Source: Paramecium tetraurelia
Lineage: Eukaryota
DNA length: 64,000 nt
NCBI GenBank assembly: GCA_000165425.1
Contig: CT868108.1
Span: 434,001-498,000 of the forward strand
Direction: 5' to 3'
Numbering within the stretch: position 1 is the first letter of the stretch; every line of letters starts with the position of its first letter. The position numbers were made by a program, and so were the translations under genes. This document shows positions 1 to 15,552 of the stretch, one piece after another. Below the pieces are notes generated by a model. That model worked only from the letters and a program-made list of their open reading frames with translations, did no database searches and was not told where the DNA came from.

Positions 1-588
1 CATTAGTGCCTCCTCCATAAACTGTCAACATTACATTGTGTTCTACAGCTAATTTCACTAACAATTCTGCCTAGGCATGAGAATTTATAAAGACTACACA
101 ATCCACTATTCTTGCTAATTTACCATGTCTTAATTCATAAATCTAAATTTAATGTACTTAATACCTCTTACATTGTATGTCCATGAGAATGCAATATTCT
201 TTGACCATTATCAAAGGAAATCTCATTAAACTAACCTTGAATTGCATTCATAAATTATTCATTGATGATAGGTGGATTTGCGGGAATTTCAGCTTATGCT
301 TCACAATTAAGACTCAAGTCAATTCCAACTTTAGCTTCGGCCCAGTCCTTAAATTTCATCATCCTCTAATTTGAAAATCTGTATTTATTTCCTGTCAACC
401 TTACAGCTCCATCTTATTCTAAGATAAATTTTGTATCCTTATATCCCCATCCATTATTCTTGAACCATTCCAATTTATTTTATGGTCTCTATACACATAT
501 AATCCTCAATTTTTACTTATTCGTAATACTATCCCTTGAGTCCAGCCGGTTCCACAATTTGACTCTGTAATTACTAAATACGAATCAT
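1..588 (-). CDS. AGPS: Alkyl-dihydroxyacetonephosphate synthase (peroxisomal ether-lipid FAD enzyme), 5' part; runs off window start
   Basis: Table-6 translation MIRIQQLQSQI...NNGWGYKDTKF...HGHTMQE/IYELRHGKLARIVDCVVFINSHAQAELLVKLAVEHNVMLTVYGGGTN resembles the AGPS N-terminal FAD-binding region; two tiny introns. Confidence 0.9.
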
Positions 589-927
589 AAATTAAAATAA
601 AACTTATTCAAATTATTTATAATATTCAAAGTAAATTCGGACTATCTCATAATACTTCCCAATGACAAACTGAAGTATTTTAAACAGTGATAGACTCTAA
701 ATATTATATCCTTAACTAATAATATGGTTAAAAACTCTATTCTTAAGAATATATGATTAGTTTATCAATAAAACAACATTATAAATACTTAAATACAGAT
801 TTACTTTAATAAAATGACATAAGGAAAATTTAAGTATTTGAATACTCAAAGGGTATTTCTAAATTTATCTTCACTTAGTGAATCAATTATAATTTGTTTT
901 AATTAATTTTATAATAAACTTTAAAAT

Positions 928-2466
928 ATGCATTAGCAATAAATTGTATTGTCATATTTTGCATAATTGAGATTGTAAATTAGTGATGCATTGCATATCA
1001 ACGCTGAAAAATATTTCAAAAAGCAGGCGTCGGAATCAGAGTTAGTCTTAGTTTCAAGATTAACAGGAAAAATAAATAAAAGGAATACAGAATAATAAAG
1101 GACAATAGTCATCTCTAGTGAAAATATCTATAATATTGATAAGAAATCAATTAAAAGAAAGATTTCAATTCATAAAATATTTGGGGTGACAGTTTCTAGG
1201 TCAAGTTATGAATTTGTTTTACATGTCCCTTAGGAAAGTGATTATCGTTTCAAATCACAAGAATATAGAGATATCATTCTCTATTACTTATCTATTGTCC
1301 TTAAATTAAATAACAAAGATGGCCTAAGGCTCTACATGGTAGATAATGAAGAGTTGGATCAATTTTGTCTGCATGATGCAACAGCTGATTGCAAAAAATA
1401 AATTGCTCTTCATCCAAAAACAAAATTATTATTATTGTATCCTGAGAATTTTCAATTGTCATACATAAATTTGATGTTTGCATAAAATAAAAATCTCAAA
1501 AATTAAAGTATCAACATCCTATATGTTCATGATCCTCTAAATTTAAGGGTAAGATTAGAGGATTATTAAAAACTCGCTATTCTTGCTTAGGGTTCCTTTA
1601 GTAAAGTGCTCTTAATAAACTAAAAAATTGAGAAGCAAACACAATTCTTAGTTCTCAAAACTATTTAATCTTACAATATTGATATTAATATATTACAATT
1701 TCACTTGGAAAATTATACCTAATCTCAGTATATGGAGCAGTTAGAACTGTGCTTAAGATAGCAGGATTAAATTCATTTTTTTTTCAAATTTGTAAGAGGC
1801 GGAGACTTATTCTCTCATCTTTAAGAAGTAAATTATTTTTCAGAAATCGAAGCTAAATACATTATTGCATAAATAGCTCTAGGATTATCGTATCTACATG
1901 AAAGCGGAACGATATATGGAGATCTAAAACCAGAAAATGTATTGATCGATGAAAATGGATATGTTTAACTGACAGATTTTGGATTTGGCAGATTGAGAGT
2001 CTATCAAGAATTTAAAAAAGTATAGACTATTAATTTTACTGTTGAATATGCTGCTCCAGAATACCTCTTGCAAGGAGATTTAACAAGAATGTCTGATTGG
2101 TACAGTTTAGGAATTCTACTCTATGAGTTGGTGATAGGAATTTCTCCATTTTATCACCATAATCATGAGATAGCAATTAAGATGATTTGCAAAGGAGATT
2201 TGTATTTTCCCAAGACCCCTGCTATATCATATGAATGCAAGGATTTTATAACGAAATTGCTTTAGCAGGACAGTTAAAGTCGTATAGGGTTTGAGAATGA
2301 CTTCAAAGAGATCTAATCTCATAAATGGTTCTAAGGGTTAAATTGGTAAGAACTTTCAGAAAAGAAAAAATCGTTACCGTATATCCCAAAAATTAATGAT
2401 GAAGATACTGTACCATAGTAATATTTTAGATTCGAGAAATTAACTGATGAAGAAAAGGGTTGGTGA
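928..2466 (+). CDS. Myosin-TH1 (PH-like) domain + AGC-like protein kinase, 512 aa, intronless
   Basis: [53 protein letters not shown] (TH1-like); kinase motifs [37 protein letters not shown]928-TGA2466 in one frame. Confidence 0.85.
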
Positions 2467-2844
2467 TAAAGATAAAATATTCTTATTTAAATTCACGAAA
2501 TTAATTGATTGAACTTTGCAGCTCTACTATAATGATTTTTAGTCTCCATAAACTAATAACTTAGTTATTTATTAGGGCTTAATGTAATACTCTTTAAATA
2601 AAATCAAATTTCCATCAAATTTATCATATCTAAAATTTTGTTTTGAATTCCTAATTTCCTGTCCTTTCTTATTTTCTGATGAATTTACTAATAATTATTT
2701 TGTTAATTCTACTATGTATAGATTTAATATAAATAATGTAAAGTCATAAGATAGATAGATTCAATTAACATGAATTAAATTAGAAACTTAATATATTATT
2801 ATTATTATACAATCAATAACCAAAAATTTAAGTCAATAATAATT

Positions 2845-3726
2845 TCAATTTATTTATTTTAACCTGATATTAGGTAAATGAGTTGATTAGTTTTATCTTG
2901 GAGAAGTATGTTTAGAAAGTAATGGAGGTTATATTTTTTATTATTGTTAATTAATTGATTTTTATTGAGTTGAGTTTAATTTCTTTGTAACATATTAATT
3001 TAAAACTGAATTCAATCCAGTTATTAAGTATAGTTTTTATTGAGATTTTGATAATTTTTTGTGTATATATTATTCATCTGATGAAAACTTTTGCACCAAA
3101 GATTTTCTTGGTTTAAGATGGTAAAATTCCTCATCTGAATCTTATGGAGAGTTTACTGCTGTAGCATTTTAGCTAAAGACATAATCAAAATTAGTGGCTG
3201 ATTTAAATTTGGGACTGACACGAAACTGCTTTGATGCAATTTCTAAAACATTAAGCAAAGTCATCCTAGGATTATCTATTCTTGTTTTAAATGCTTTTTT
3301 CATCCTTTGTCGTTACCTATACCTGATATTTTAAACTATCTTGTATCTGATTATAAAAAGCAAGCAATAAACAAGTTTCTTAAAAACTTTGATATATTTA
3401 GAATTTCTGTAACGATCCATTATTTATTACTACCTTAAATACTCTTTTTTTGAATGCTATGTCTCCGTAAAGGTGTAAATTTTAAATATCCTCTACTTAA
3501 AAACTGACTCCTTCCCGCATTCTGAACAACAACAACTTGAATTACCTAGTTTTGTAGAACTAATGTCAAGTTTATTTTTTCTAATTATTCTTGAACTTTT
3601 CTATGGAGATTGAAATAATTAATAAGCTTTAACATTTTTTATTGAATATCTCTTTCTCCTTTCTTGTGCTTATTCATAGTAAAACTACACTTTTGTTTGC
3701 CTAATATTTTTTTATTTAAAGTTCAT
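2845..3726 (-). CDS. Hypothetical basic low-complexity protein
   Basis: MNFKQKNIRQTKVQFYYEQAQERRKRYS... to ...HLPNIRLKQIN*; probable small intron(s); no domain recognised. Confidence 0.6.
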
Positions 3727-4249
3727 TATAAGTAATATATAATAAATTTTATTTTTTAAAGTAACATAAAATTCTGGTGTTATTTATCTTTTCAGCAAAT
3801 AAACTTATAAATATTAATACTATAAATAATCATGATAATCATTATCAAATTACATAGATCTGAATGATTAGAAATTGAAAATATTACCAATACTTAGGAT
3901 ATTTGTTTATTTTACTGATTAATAAATAAGAATAATAATTCAATAATATTCAGATAATTTTCGTAAGTATAAAAGTAAATTTATTCTGGATTATATTCAT
4001 TATCATTTTTTATTAAAAATAAATTGATAATTTACAGTTTATACTTCGAATTTACTAATATTATATACAATTGCAATTAAAAATTTAATACTGAATAAAT
4101 CCAAATAAAAATAATAAACTCAAATTGTTTCGATGAATTAAAAATTCAAATATAATCAATATTATGATTTTAATAATTTGAAACAATGTTTTTTACATTT
4201 AAAAATGTGTAATTAATAATACTAAATTGATGATTTAACAGAATTGTGC

Positions 4250-5153
4250 TCATTTATCATAGTGTTTATGATTATTTCCAATAGTTTATTCCGGCTATAT
4301 GACTCTTTATAGTTTTGGAAATCCATTTCTTGGATTAGGACCGTTATCTTTATTTGGAAACTAGTCTAGTGATATATCTAGAATTAAAATCTTATAAATT
4401 ACCATTAGGATCTTCTCCTCTATTAATTCTGTCTTGTTATTTATAATTCAGTAACTATCTCTTATAGGCTTATAATATCTTTTATCCTTTATCTTTTAAC
4501 TCTTTTTAATCCCCAGTTATTGCATCTAAAATAATATCGAGTTATACTTAATATTTGTTTTCTTCTAAATAAACTTACATTTAACTTAAATGGAATGTGT
4601 TTATCCATTCCTTTTTCTAATTGACCATTGCTCATTTCTAAAATGATAACAAATGATTTACTTTTGAAAAAATCATAAATTGGATTTTTTTCTCCTTAAT
4701 CCAGATTTCCACCTTTCTAAACTCCTCTCATTATTGTTAGAAACTCCTTAAACTCAATTTCATTAGTTCCATCTTCATCCACTTCACTCATAATTTTTTC
4801 GACTTCCTCCCTTGAATTAACTAAGCCTAAAGCTATGAGTGGGTCTTCTAATTCCTCTATTCCAATAGCACCTGATCCATCTCCATCTAATGATGAAAAA
4901 TATTTTCTCAACTCAGCAATTTCAGAGTCCTTAAAATCAATCCTATCTTAATATCCCCTTTTGATTAGCCAAGCTCACTCTTAAAATCCAGATTAAAACT
5001 ATTATTATAATTAATCAGTACAATATATTTTGATGCTTTATTGAAATTAAAGGCTTCTTATATTTTAGTGAGTTTCTCTTGCTTCTTGACTGACTTTGCA
5101 TTATCTTAAGGTTTACGACTAGAAAGAGTCTTAGATTATTCTTATTTTTTCAT
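4250..5153 (-). CDS. EF-hand calcium-binding protein; interrupted by an in-frame TGA at 4975-4977 (possible pseudogene)
   Basis: EF loops DGDGSGAIGIEE and DEDGTNEIEFKE; upstream exon reads FQSGFQE*AWLIKRG; several tiny introns. Confidence 0.75.
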
Positions 5154-5789
5154 CTATAATTTGATAATGATAATATTAATAAATATAATTTGAAGAAATA
5201 ACTTATATCCATTCCTGTTATTTTTAGAATTTATAACTCTGAATATCTTAAAAACAATAATATTTTTAATGATGAAAAAATAAATTTGGAAGAAAAAATC
5301 CTTAAAATACAGTTATTAATAAGAAATAAGTTGAAATAAGTTTTAGTGGTTAAAATAACTTAACAATCTCATATACTATTTCGAATACATTATTAGGAAG
5401 ATAGTAATTAATTAAATATATATAGTTTTTGAGAATTATCTTGAATAAATTAGTGGATTTTATGGAATTATAAATTATTATTTTTATAACTTTCTAAAGT
5501 AAATATCGGATGTTGATATATGATTATATCATTAGTTGTTTTATTGCAATATATTTGAAGAAGATTTGATTATATTGCTTATATATCATGGTTATAATAT
5601 TGGAGGTGCAATATAGAAGTAGTTTTTAGTAATCATTTGCATCAGTCGTGAATTTAAATAAGGTAGGTATTATTTTATAACATATAGAACTGATTGTAAA
5701 AACTACTAGTAAAATTTACAAGGGGATTTGATGTTAAAGATAAAATGAAAAATTTATATTTAATTTTTAATCAATAATTTAAAGCAATA

Positions 5790-6524
5790 TCAATTATTTT
5801 TAGATTTTACTTTTTATAGACTTGAAAATTATTAAAGCTATTTAATTAAATCAAAGCTTTTATTTTACATTTATGAATAAGGTGATTTGTTAAATTAATA
5901 TCTTAGTTCAAAGCTTCTACATGAATTTTGTTAATTGTAATTGTATTAGGATAGTTGCTTTTCTTTAATATTTTAGTTTATAAACTTAGAAAGCTGTGTT
6001 CCAACTGGACGATTTGAGTAAAACTATTTATTTTCAGGGGATTATCCCCTTGAGTAACTTTATTTATAACCTACATCTGTTAAAAGTCTATTTTAACTTA
6101 AGGATTGCTATAGTTTCGATTTATTTAGAGTCTAAAATGATTTACGATGAGATTGTTGCAGTATTGAATACTATTACTTAATAAACTCTGGGTTTATTTA
6201 AGTTTTTCTTGAATTTTTTTTTAGGTTGGAGAGATATATTTTTTTCAGAAGATCCTTGAAGCTGTCTTTCTATTAAAGTTGTTCTTTAGGTGAAAATTAT
6301 TTTGATATCGGAGATTCTGAATTTATCTTTTAGTTGTTTTCTTCTGTTCTAGGAAATGCATATGATTGATTAACCTAGCTTTTTTTGAATCTCCTCTCAA
6401 TTTAAGCAACTGAACTATTTTTTGAGGCTTCAAGCAAGGCTTCATCATCAGGAGATTTCTAATAGTTATCAATCATATTTAGTAATATTCTACTTTTTGA
6501 AGATTGTCGAACATTAATTTGCAT
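5790..6524 (-). CDS. Hypothetical Q/K/S-rich protein (3' end uncertain)
   Basis: Long TGA-free frame from ATG6524 (MQINVRQSSKSRILLNMIDNYQKSPDDEALLEASK...); stop not confidently placed. Confidence 0.5.
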
Positions 6525-6839
6525 TAAATTTATAATTTATTTTTGATTTTACTTAATCACTTACCACTTTGACTTACAATTATAAGATAACTCATTTGAT
6601 TTCAATTATTTGCTATTTTGAGCATATCAATTACATCTAAACTTATTGCAAAATTAATCTTGATTCTTTTTCTTTAATTTATAGTACATGTTGTCTATTT
6701 AATAGATTAAATAATGATAATAATAAAATGTATATTAATCAAGTGCAAATTATTTTTATTAAAATCATCTAAAGTATGTGGATCAACATAATGTTTTGAA
6801 TCAAATATTTTACTTAAAAACTAAAATTAAGTATCTTAA

Positions 6840-7330
6840 TACAAATTATTAAATCAATATATTGACTTTTTAAATTTGCTGAAGTCTAACTAATGCTTTT
6901 GCTGTTATTTAGAAACTAACAATTTAATTTTTTGTAAAGAATCCTTAAAATTTAACGGCGTAATAGTAATTGTCGATTTTATTGTTTTTGCAAGTTGAGG
7001 TGTTTTTGTTTAACATTTTGGTGAAATAATTGAACCTTAATATGGTTTTAAAGAAGGAGTCTTTATTTTGTAATTGATTTGTTTATTCTCTTTTAATTTT
7101 TTATTGTTCTCCTTTTATTCAGTGATTAATCTTTAAATGCTCCTTAAATTGGCTGATGATTTTTGCTATTATTGATGTCGGCTGTAAAATTGAAGGCTTA
7201 AAAATTATTATAGATCTTTGTCATTTCCCTTCTCCTGCTTTTTTTAATCGAGCTCTTTAACTACTAATACACTCTCATAATCCAAACCATAATCTAATTA
7301 TTCATCTTCTAATGTGTAAAGACGACTCAT
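6840..7330 (-). CDS. Hypothetical protein (3' end uncertain)
   Basis: MSRLYTLEDEQLDYGLDYESVLVVKELDQKKQEK... open frame in table 6. Confidence 0.5.
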
Positions 7331-7388
7331 AATTCGTTATAATTAATATAAACTTGGCACAATAATAAATTATTATATTTTTTTCAGA

Positions 7389-10927
<3,539 letters not shown>

Positions 10928-11868
10928 TTTATTAATAATATATAAAATGAATTAATTTTATTGCATTCTAAATATTCTTAAAATGACTACCTTAAAACTG
11001 AAAAATATCCAGTTGTAGATTCTAAATTTATTTATTCTCTTCCAATATTGCTAAATTAAAATTTAACTTTAAGGATCAGAATCATTACATATAGAATTAA
11101 TTATATTTTGATGTTGCGCCTTTTAGTTGTGAAATCTTCATCAAAAAGATGGTTTTTAAGAATTAATTACAATACATAATAGGAAATTCTGACTTACTTA
11201 TATATTATCCAAATTCACTGTTAATGTGTTCTATTATCATCAAATATCACTTTCAATAGCAAAACTTTTTATAAATCAAAAATAAATCTTGTTTTTTATA
11301 ATTTTATTCCAGTTCCACATTTAAGGCATATTAATTTTTATAAACTATCTAAATTAATCTTATGGTAGGATATTTTATAGAACATATTTTTAAACCTTAA
11401 CTGTCGAAGGAGATCTACAGCCAAGTGATCTCAAAAAGTAGAAAAAGCAATTCTCATTTCCCTCATTTTTAATTATTAAATTCTATTTCATCCAAATTTT
11501 TCCTAACATCATTTTATTTCATAATATTTTATTTGATTGAATATATATCTCTTCCTTTTAGGCTCAATTTAAACTTTTTAATATACATTAATATCTTTTA
11601 ATGAGATAATTTTGAATCCTGCGATAAAGATTAACTATTTGAAATCACAATTTTTATATTTAATAATCAGATTCTCACCAAAATTAATAGCTTATAATAT
11701 TATAATATAAAAAATATTATTTAAAAAGCCATAATTGATTTCTAAAGAAGATGGAATCAAATAAAGTTAAAAATATTAATGAAAAAAGAGTTATATGAGC
11801 TCAATAATTAGAAATTGAAGTTTCTTTTATAAATTTATATTAATTATATAATATTTAAAAATTATTGT

Positions 11869-12545
11869 ATGAGTAATCCTGAACTATCAGAAGAGAGTAG
11901 ACCACCAAAGTTATTGTTAGTTTTTAGCAAATGTTCTGAGTTTAGTGAGATCGATTTAGAGAACAAGCAATCCCCAAAAATACTAAAATTAAGAAAATTG
12001 TAAAATGTTTATAATACTAAATAAGAAATTCCGCTATTGAATACAACGATTAATTACATATGGTGATCAATAAATAAATAGATATTGATGAAAAGAAAGT
12101 AGAAAGTCCAAAAAATGAAATTGCAAAATGGTAACCATGCAGTTGTACTAAAACTAATTGTCTTAAAATGTATTGTTCGTGCTTTCACAATGGCCAAACT
12201 TGTGTGGAATCTTGCAAATGTGAAGATTGTAAGAACACTAATAATAATGTTCCTTAAAGAGACAAAGCTGTTGAATACATTAAGAAAAAGGCTCATAGGA
12301 ATAAAAAAGTGTCTTAAGAGACATTATTTGAAACCAAGGATATATGGGGATGCAATTGTAAAAAGACCAGATGCCTAAAAAGATATTGTGAATGCTATAT
12401 AAGATAGAAGGCTTGTACAGTGGAATGTAATTGCACTCATTGTGAAAATGGAAAAGATGAAGACTTATATAATGAAATAAGAAGACAAAATGAATAGCCT
12501 AAATAATCAAAAAGACAGAGATCTGGACGTTTGTATAACAATTGA
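11869..12545 (+). CDS. Tesmin/TSO1/LIN54-like CXC (CRC) domain protein
   Basis: Two CXC motifs: PCSCTKTNCLKMYCSCFHNGQTCVESCKCEDCKN and GCNCKKTRCLKRYCECYIRQKACTVECNCTHCENG; one intron near 12000-12025. Confidence 0.92.
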
Positions 12546-13024
12546 ACTTTAATTTTTAGTTTATAACTTAAATATAATTATTTTCTCAAAATATACACAA
12601 CTTTCAATCTTAAATATATATATTTTAAAAAAATATTGTCGCCGTTATGCTGAAAAGTTATCTAGTTTTACTATTTATTAAGAAGTATCTGATTATTATC
12701 ATATTTGCATCAAGATATTTAAAATAGAATTTCTGCATTAAATAAATAAACTATCAATCTATAATTTAATCAGATTTTGTTATTTCAATAATAAAAATAT
12801 AATAATGTGAATTATCATTTAATAAAATATAAATATAATAATTATTTAGAATGCAATAAATCGAAAATTCAGATCCTATCAAGCAATTTCATAATCTATG
12901 AATATTAAAGAAGAATAATGAAGGTTTTACTTATTTTCTTTAAATTATTCTAAATTCCAAAAAATAATTATATTATTACAATACTTATAATAAATATAAT
13001 TTATTTAGAGAATCATAGGTATAG

Positions 13025-13720
13025 ATGGAAACTTAATAAGCCTAAAAGGATTTACAATTTTTAGAGTAGAAAACTGCTAGTCTCTCATAAAACTTAGAGT
13101 AGCTCTGGTTAGAATTTAATTAATAGTAAGAGATGCTTAAATTGATTACATCATAAAATCAATATACCATCTCTAAAAAAACAAAGAAGTTTAAAATGGT
13201 TATTAGATTTGTCATTCCCTACTTAGAATTGAAGTAGGTATTTTAAATGAGATTCCTAAGCAAGGAGTTTAAATAGATTATAGCAAAAGAAAAAAAAGCA
13301 ATTAATCAATTGATTAATCATCAAATTGAGAAAAACAAAGAAAAATTATACGAATTTAATATTATTGATAAGACTTCAAGAGAATTATATATGTACATAG
13401 TGAAATTAAATTTTTATGGACAAAAAGTTAAAGAAACTGTTCTTCCAAAAGACTTCTAATGCATTTTAAAGCAAATAAGTGATCCATCGTAAATCTATGC
13501 AATTCAAGTTGCATCTAAATTTCAATATCCATAAAAAAAAATGGCATACTAGAATCCAACATAGAAAGAAATTATAGATAATTATTGTAAAATCGCATAT
13601 CATCCATGGTAGGGTAATACTAACCTTGTGGCCGAATTTGAAAAGTATCGAAAAGAAATACTAAGATAAAAGCATTTAAAGCATTTATAATCATTAAGAC
13701 CAGTTGTTGATAATTTATGA
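13025..13720 (+). CDS. Hypothetical coiled-coil protein with a possible F-box-like motif
   Basis: Open frame METQQAQKDLQFLEQK...VIRFVIPYLELKQVFQMRFLSKEFKQII...RPVVDNL*; an upstream in-frame ATG at 12851 is blocked by TGA 12899-12901. Confidence 0.6.
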
Positions 13721-13840
13721 TTATCTATAATAATTATTCTTTTAATTCTTTCATGTATTTATGAATTATGAATTGAAAATTTAGTAAAGCAATTTTAAAA
13801 TATTCTATAGAATTAAGTATATAAAATATGATACAATAAA

Positions 13841-15007
13841 TCATTAAAATTACTCATATTGAGTTTTATTAAGACTCCACTCTTAAAAGCATTATTTGAT
13901 GTTTAGTTTTAAACAAAGATATTTAATATTTTTATTTTTTACTTATCTGTAATTACATTAAAGCTATTTGCCTTCGAAATGCTCATATAAATGCTTAAAC
14001 TTTTAAAACAGTTGATATTTTGCTATTTTTGGTAGAAATTATAATTTGGATATGTCCTTTTTTGCAAGTCCCCACTTTAAACCATTTAATGAGTTAATCT
14101 TTTCTATCCCCAAAGAATCCACATATAAGTAACTGAAAGATTATAGACTTTGTTAATTAATATCTTTATTAATCCTTTTGTTTAATTCATCATTATTAGG
14201 ATGATAAGGACTGTAAACAAATAAATTTTTTCTTGTATAAATTATTTTTGGTTTTTTTATCTTAAATGCTTTGCTAATAAATTTATTATTTATTTTTAAA
14301 ACATCTTCCATACTTTTGCCAGACCTTTTTCCTATATCAAATACTTCCTTCAAACTAAAATGCTCTCTAAATTCAATGATTAAATTATCAATATAAATTG
14401 GATTAATGTATTAATTCAACAATGCTCCTTGAATGCCAACTATATTCCAAATCATAATTTTGTCTGTACAGCAAAAACTTGGATTCTTTTATTGAATTGG
14501 TGTTTTGGAATTGGCAGGAGTACTTCTTAATCTTTAAGTATCACAATTAGGAATATTTTCTGCTTCCTAAAAGAACTCTGAAAATGGTCTTGCTGCACTC
14601 ATTCCATATATTTTTGATTCTGGAAATAATTATGCCTATCCGCAAGGTGGCTGAGTAACATAAAAGCAAACTTTATATTCCTTCTTTAATGAATATTTAG
14701 TTTCTTTTTTTTCAAAATATTTATCAATATCATTAGGTTTAGAGAGTACTTCATACAACCATAATTAAAATCCTCTTTTGGCAATTACTTCTGCATGACA
14801 AGAATGTAAACAATGATTTTATTCATTCATATGATTTAATCCAACTGCTTTTGATCCTGTTCCTAACGAACACAAAATTACGTTTTATTCATTTTAAACT
14901 AGAGAGATGGAGGCTAAAATAGCATTTTAGTTGACTTTTTCTTTTTATATAAGTTCTTGATATTTTTCATGAGTTTTTTATTTTAAATCACTCAAGTAAT
15001 TATTCAT
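13841..15007 (-). CDS. ADAT1: Adenosine deaminase acting on tRNA (ADAT1/Tad1-like, A_deamin domain only), intronless, 388 aa
   Basis: SLGTGSKA, CHAEVIAKR, QPPCGQA, SFCCTDKIMIWNIVGIQGALL; no dsRBD, so ADAT1-like rather than ADAR. Confidence 0.85.
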
Positions 15008-15552
15008 TAAATTAAAAATAATTTTATAAGAATATCATAAAGACCAACCATGAGATGAAATACTAATGTATCTTTAATCATTTGTAAATGAATATTTAAA
15101 GGAGAGAATTGAATTCTTTTTAAACTCATTAATATATAATTGACAATATAAATTTTAGATATACTTCGTGCTTATATTGAAAATAAATTCATTTTAAGGT
15201 ATATTTTGAAGAATTGAAAATACCATATTCAAGATATTTTCGAAATTTTTATGTATTCGAAAAATAAGGATATTTGTATTAGTATGATAATCTAATTAAA
15301 TATTATTGATATTAAAAATACTAACTATTTTATATTTTACTCACCAAATTCAAGGGACTAATTCAACCATTAATAAATGAATTATAATATATTATATCTT
15401 AATACTCGAGGATATTTTTTTAAAAGCTATTAAGTACAAAAGTCGATAAAATTATTTAAAAATTTTTTATTTTTTGCTCATAGTGATTTGAAATTTGAAA
15501 AATAATTAATTTTTAGATGCTGAGAATTGATTTATAATAAATTTAATTTAAT

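Noticed and set aside
5160..5760. Possible + strand gene with an intron-like GTAGG..TAG
   Set aside because: No consistent ATG-to-TGA model or recognisable motif could be built
13841..15007. ADAR-type mRNA editing enzyme
   Set aside because: Deaminase domain only, no dsRNA-binding domain; size fits ADAT1/Tad1
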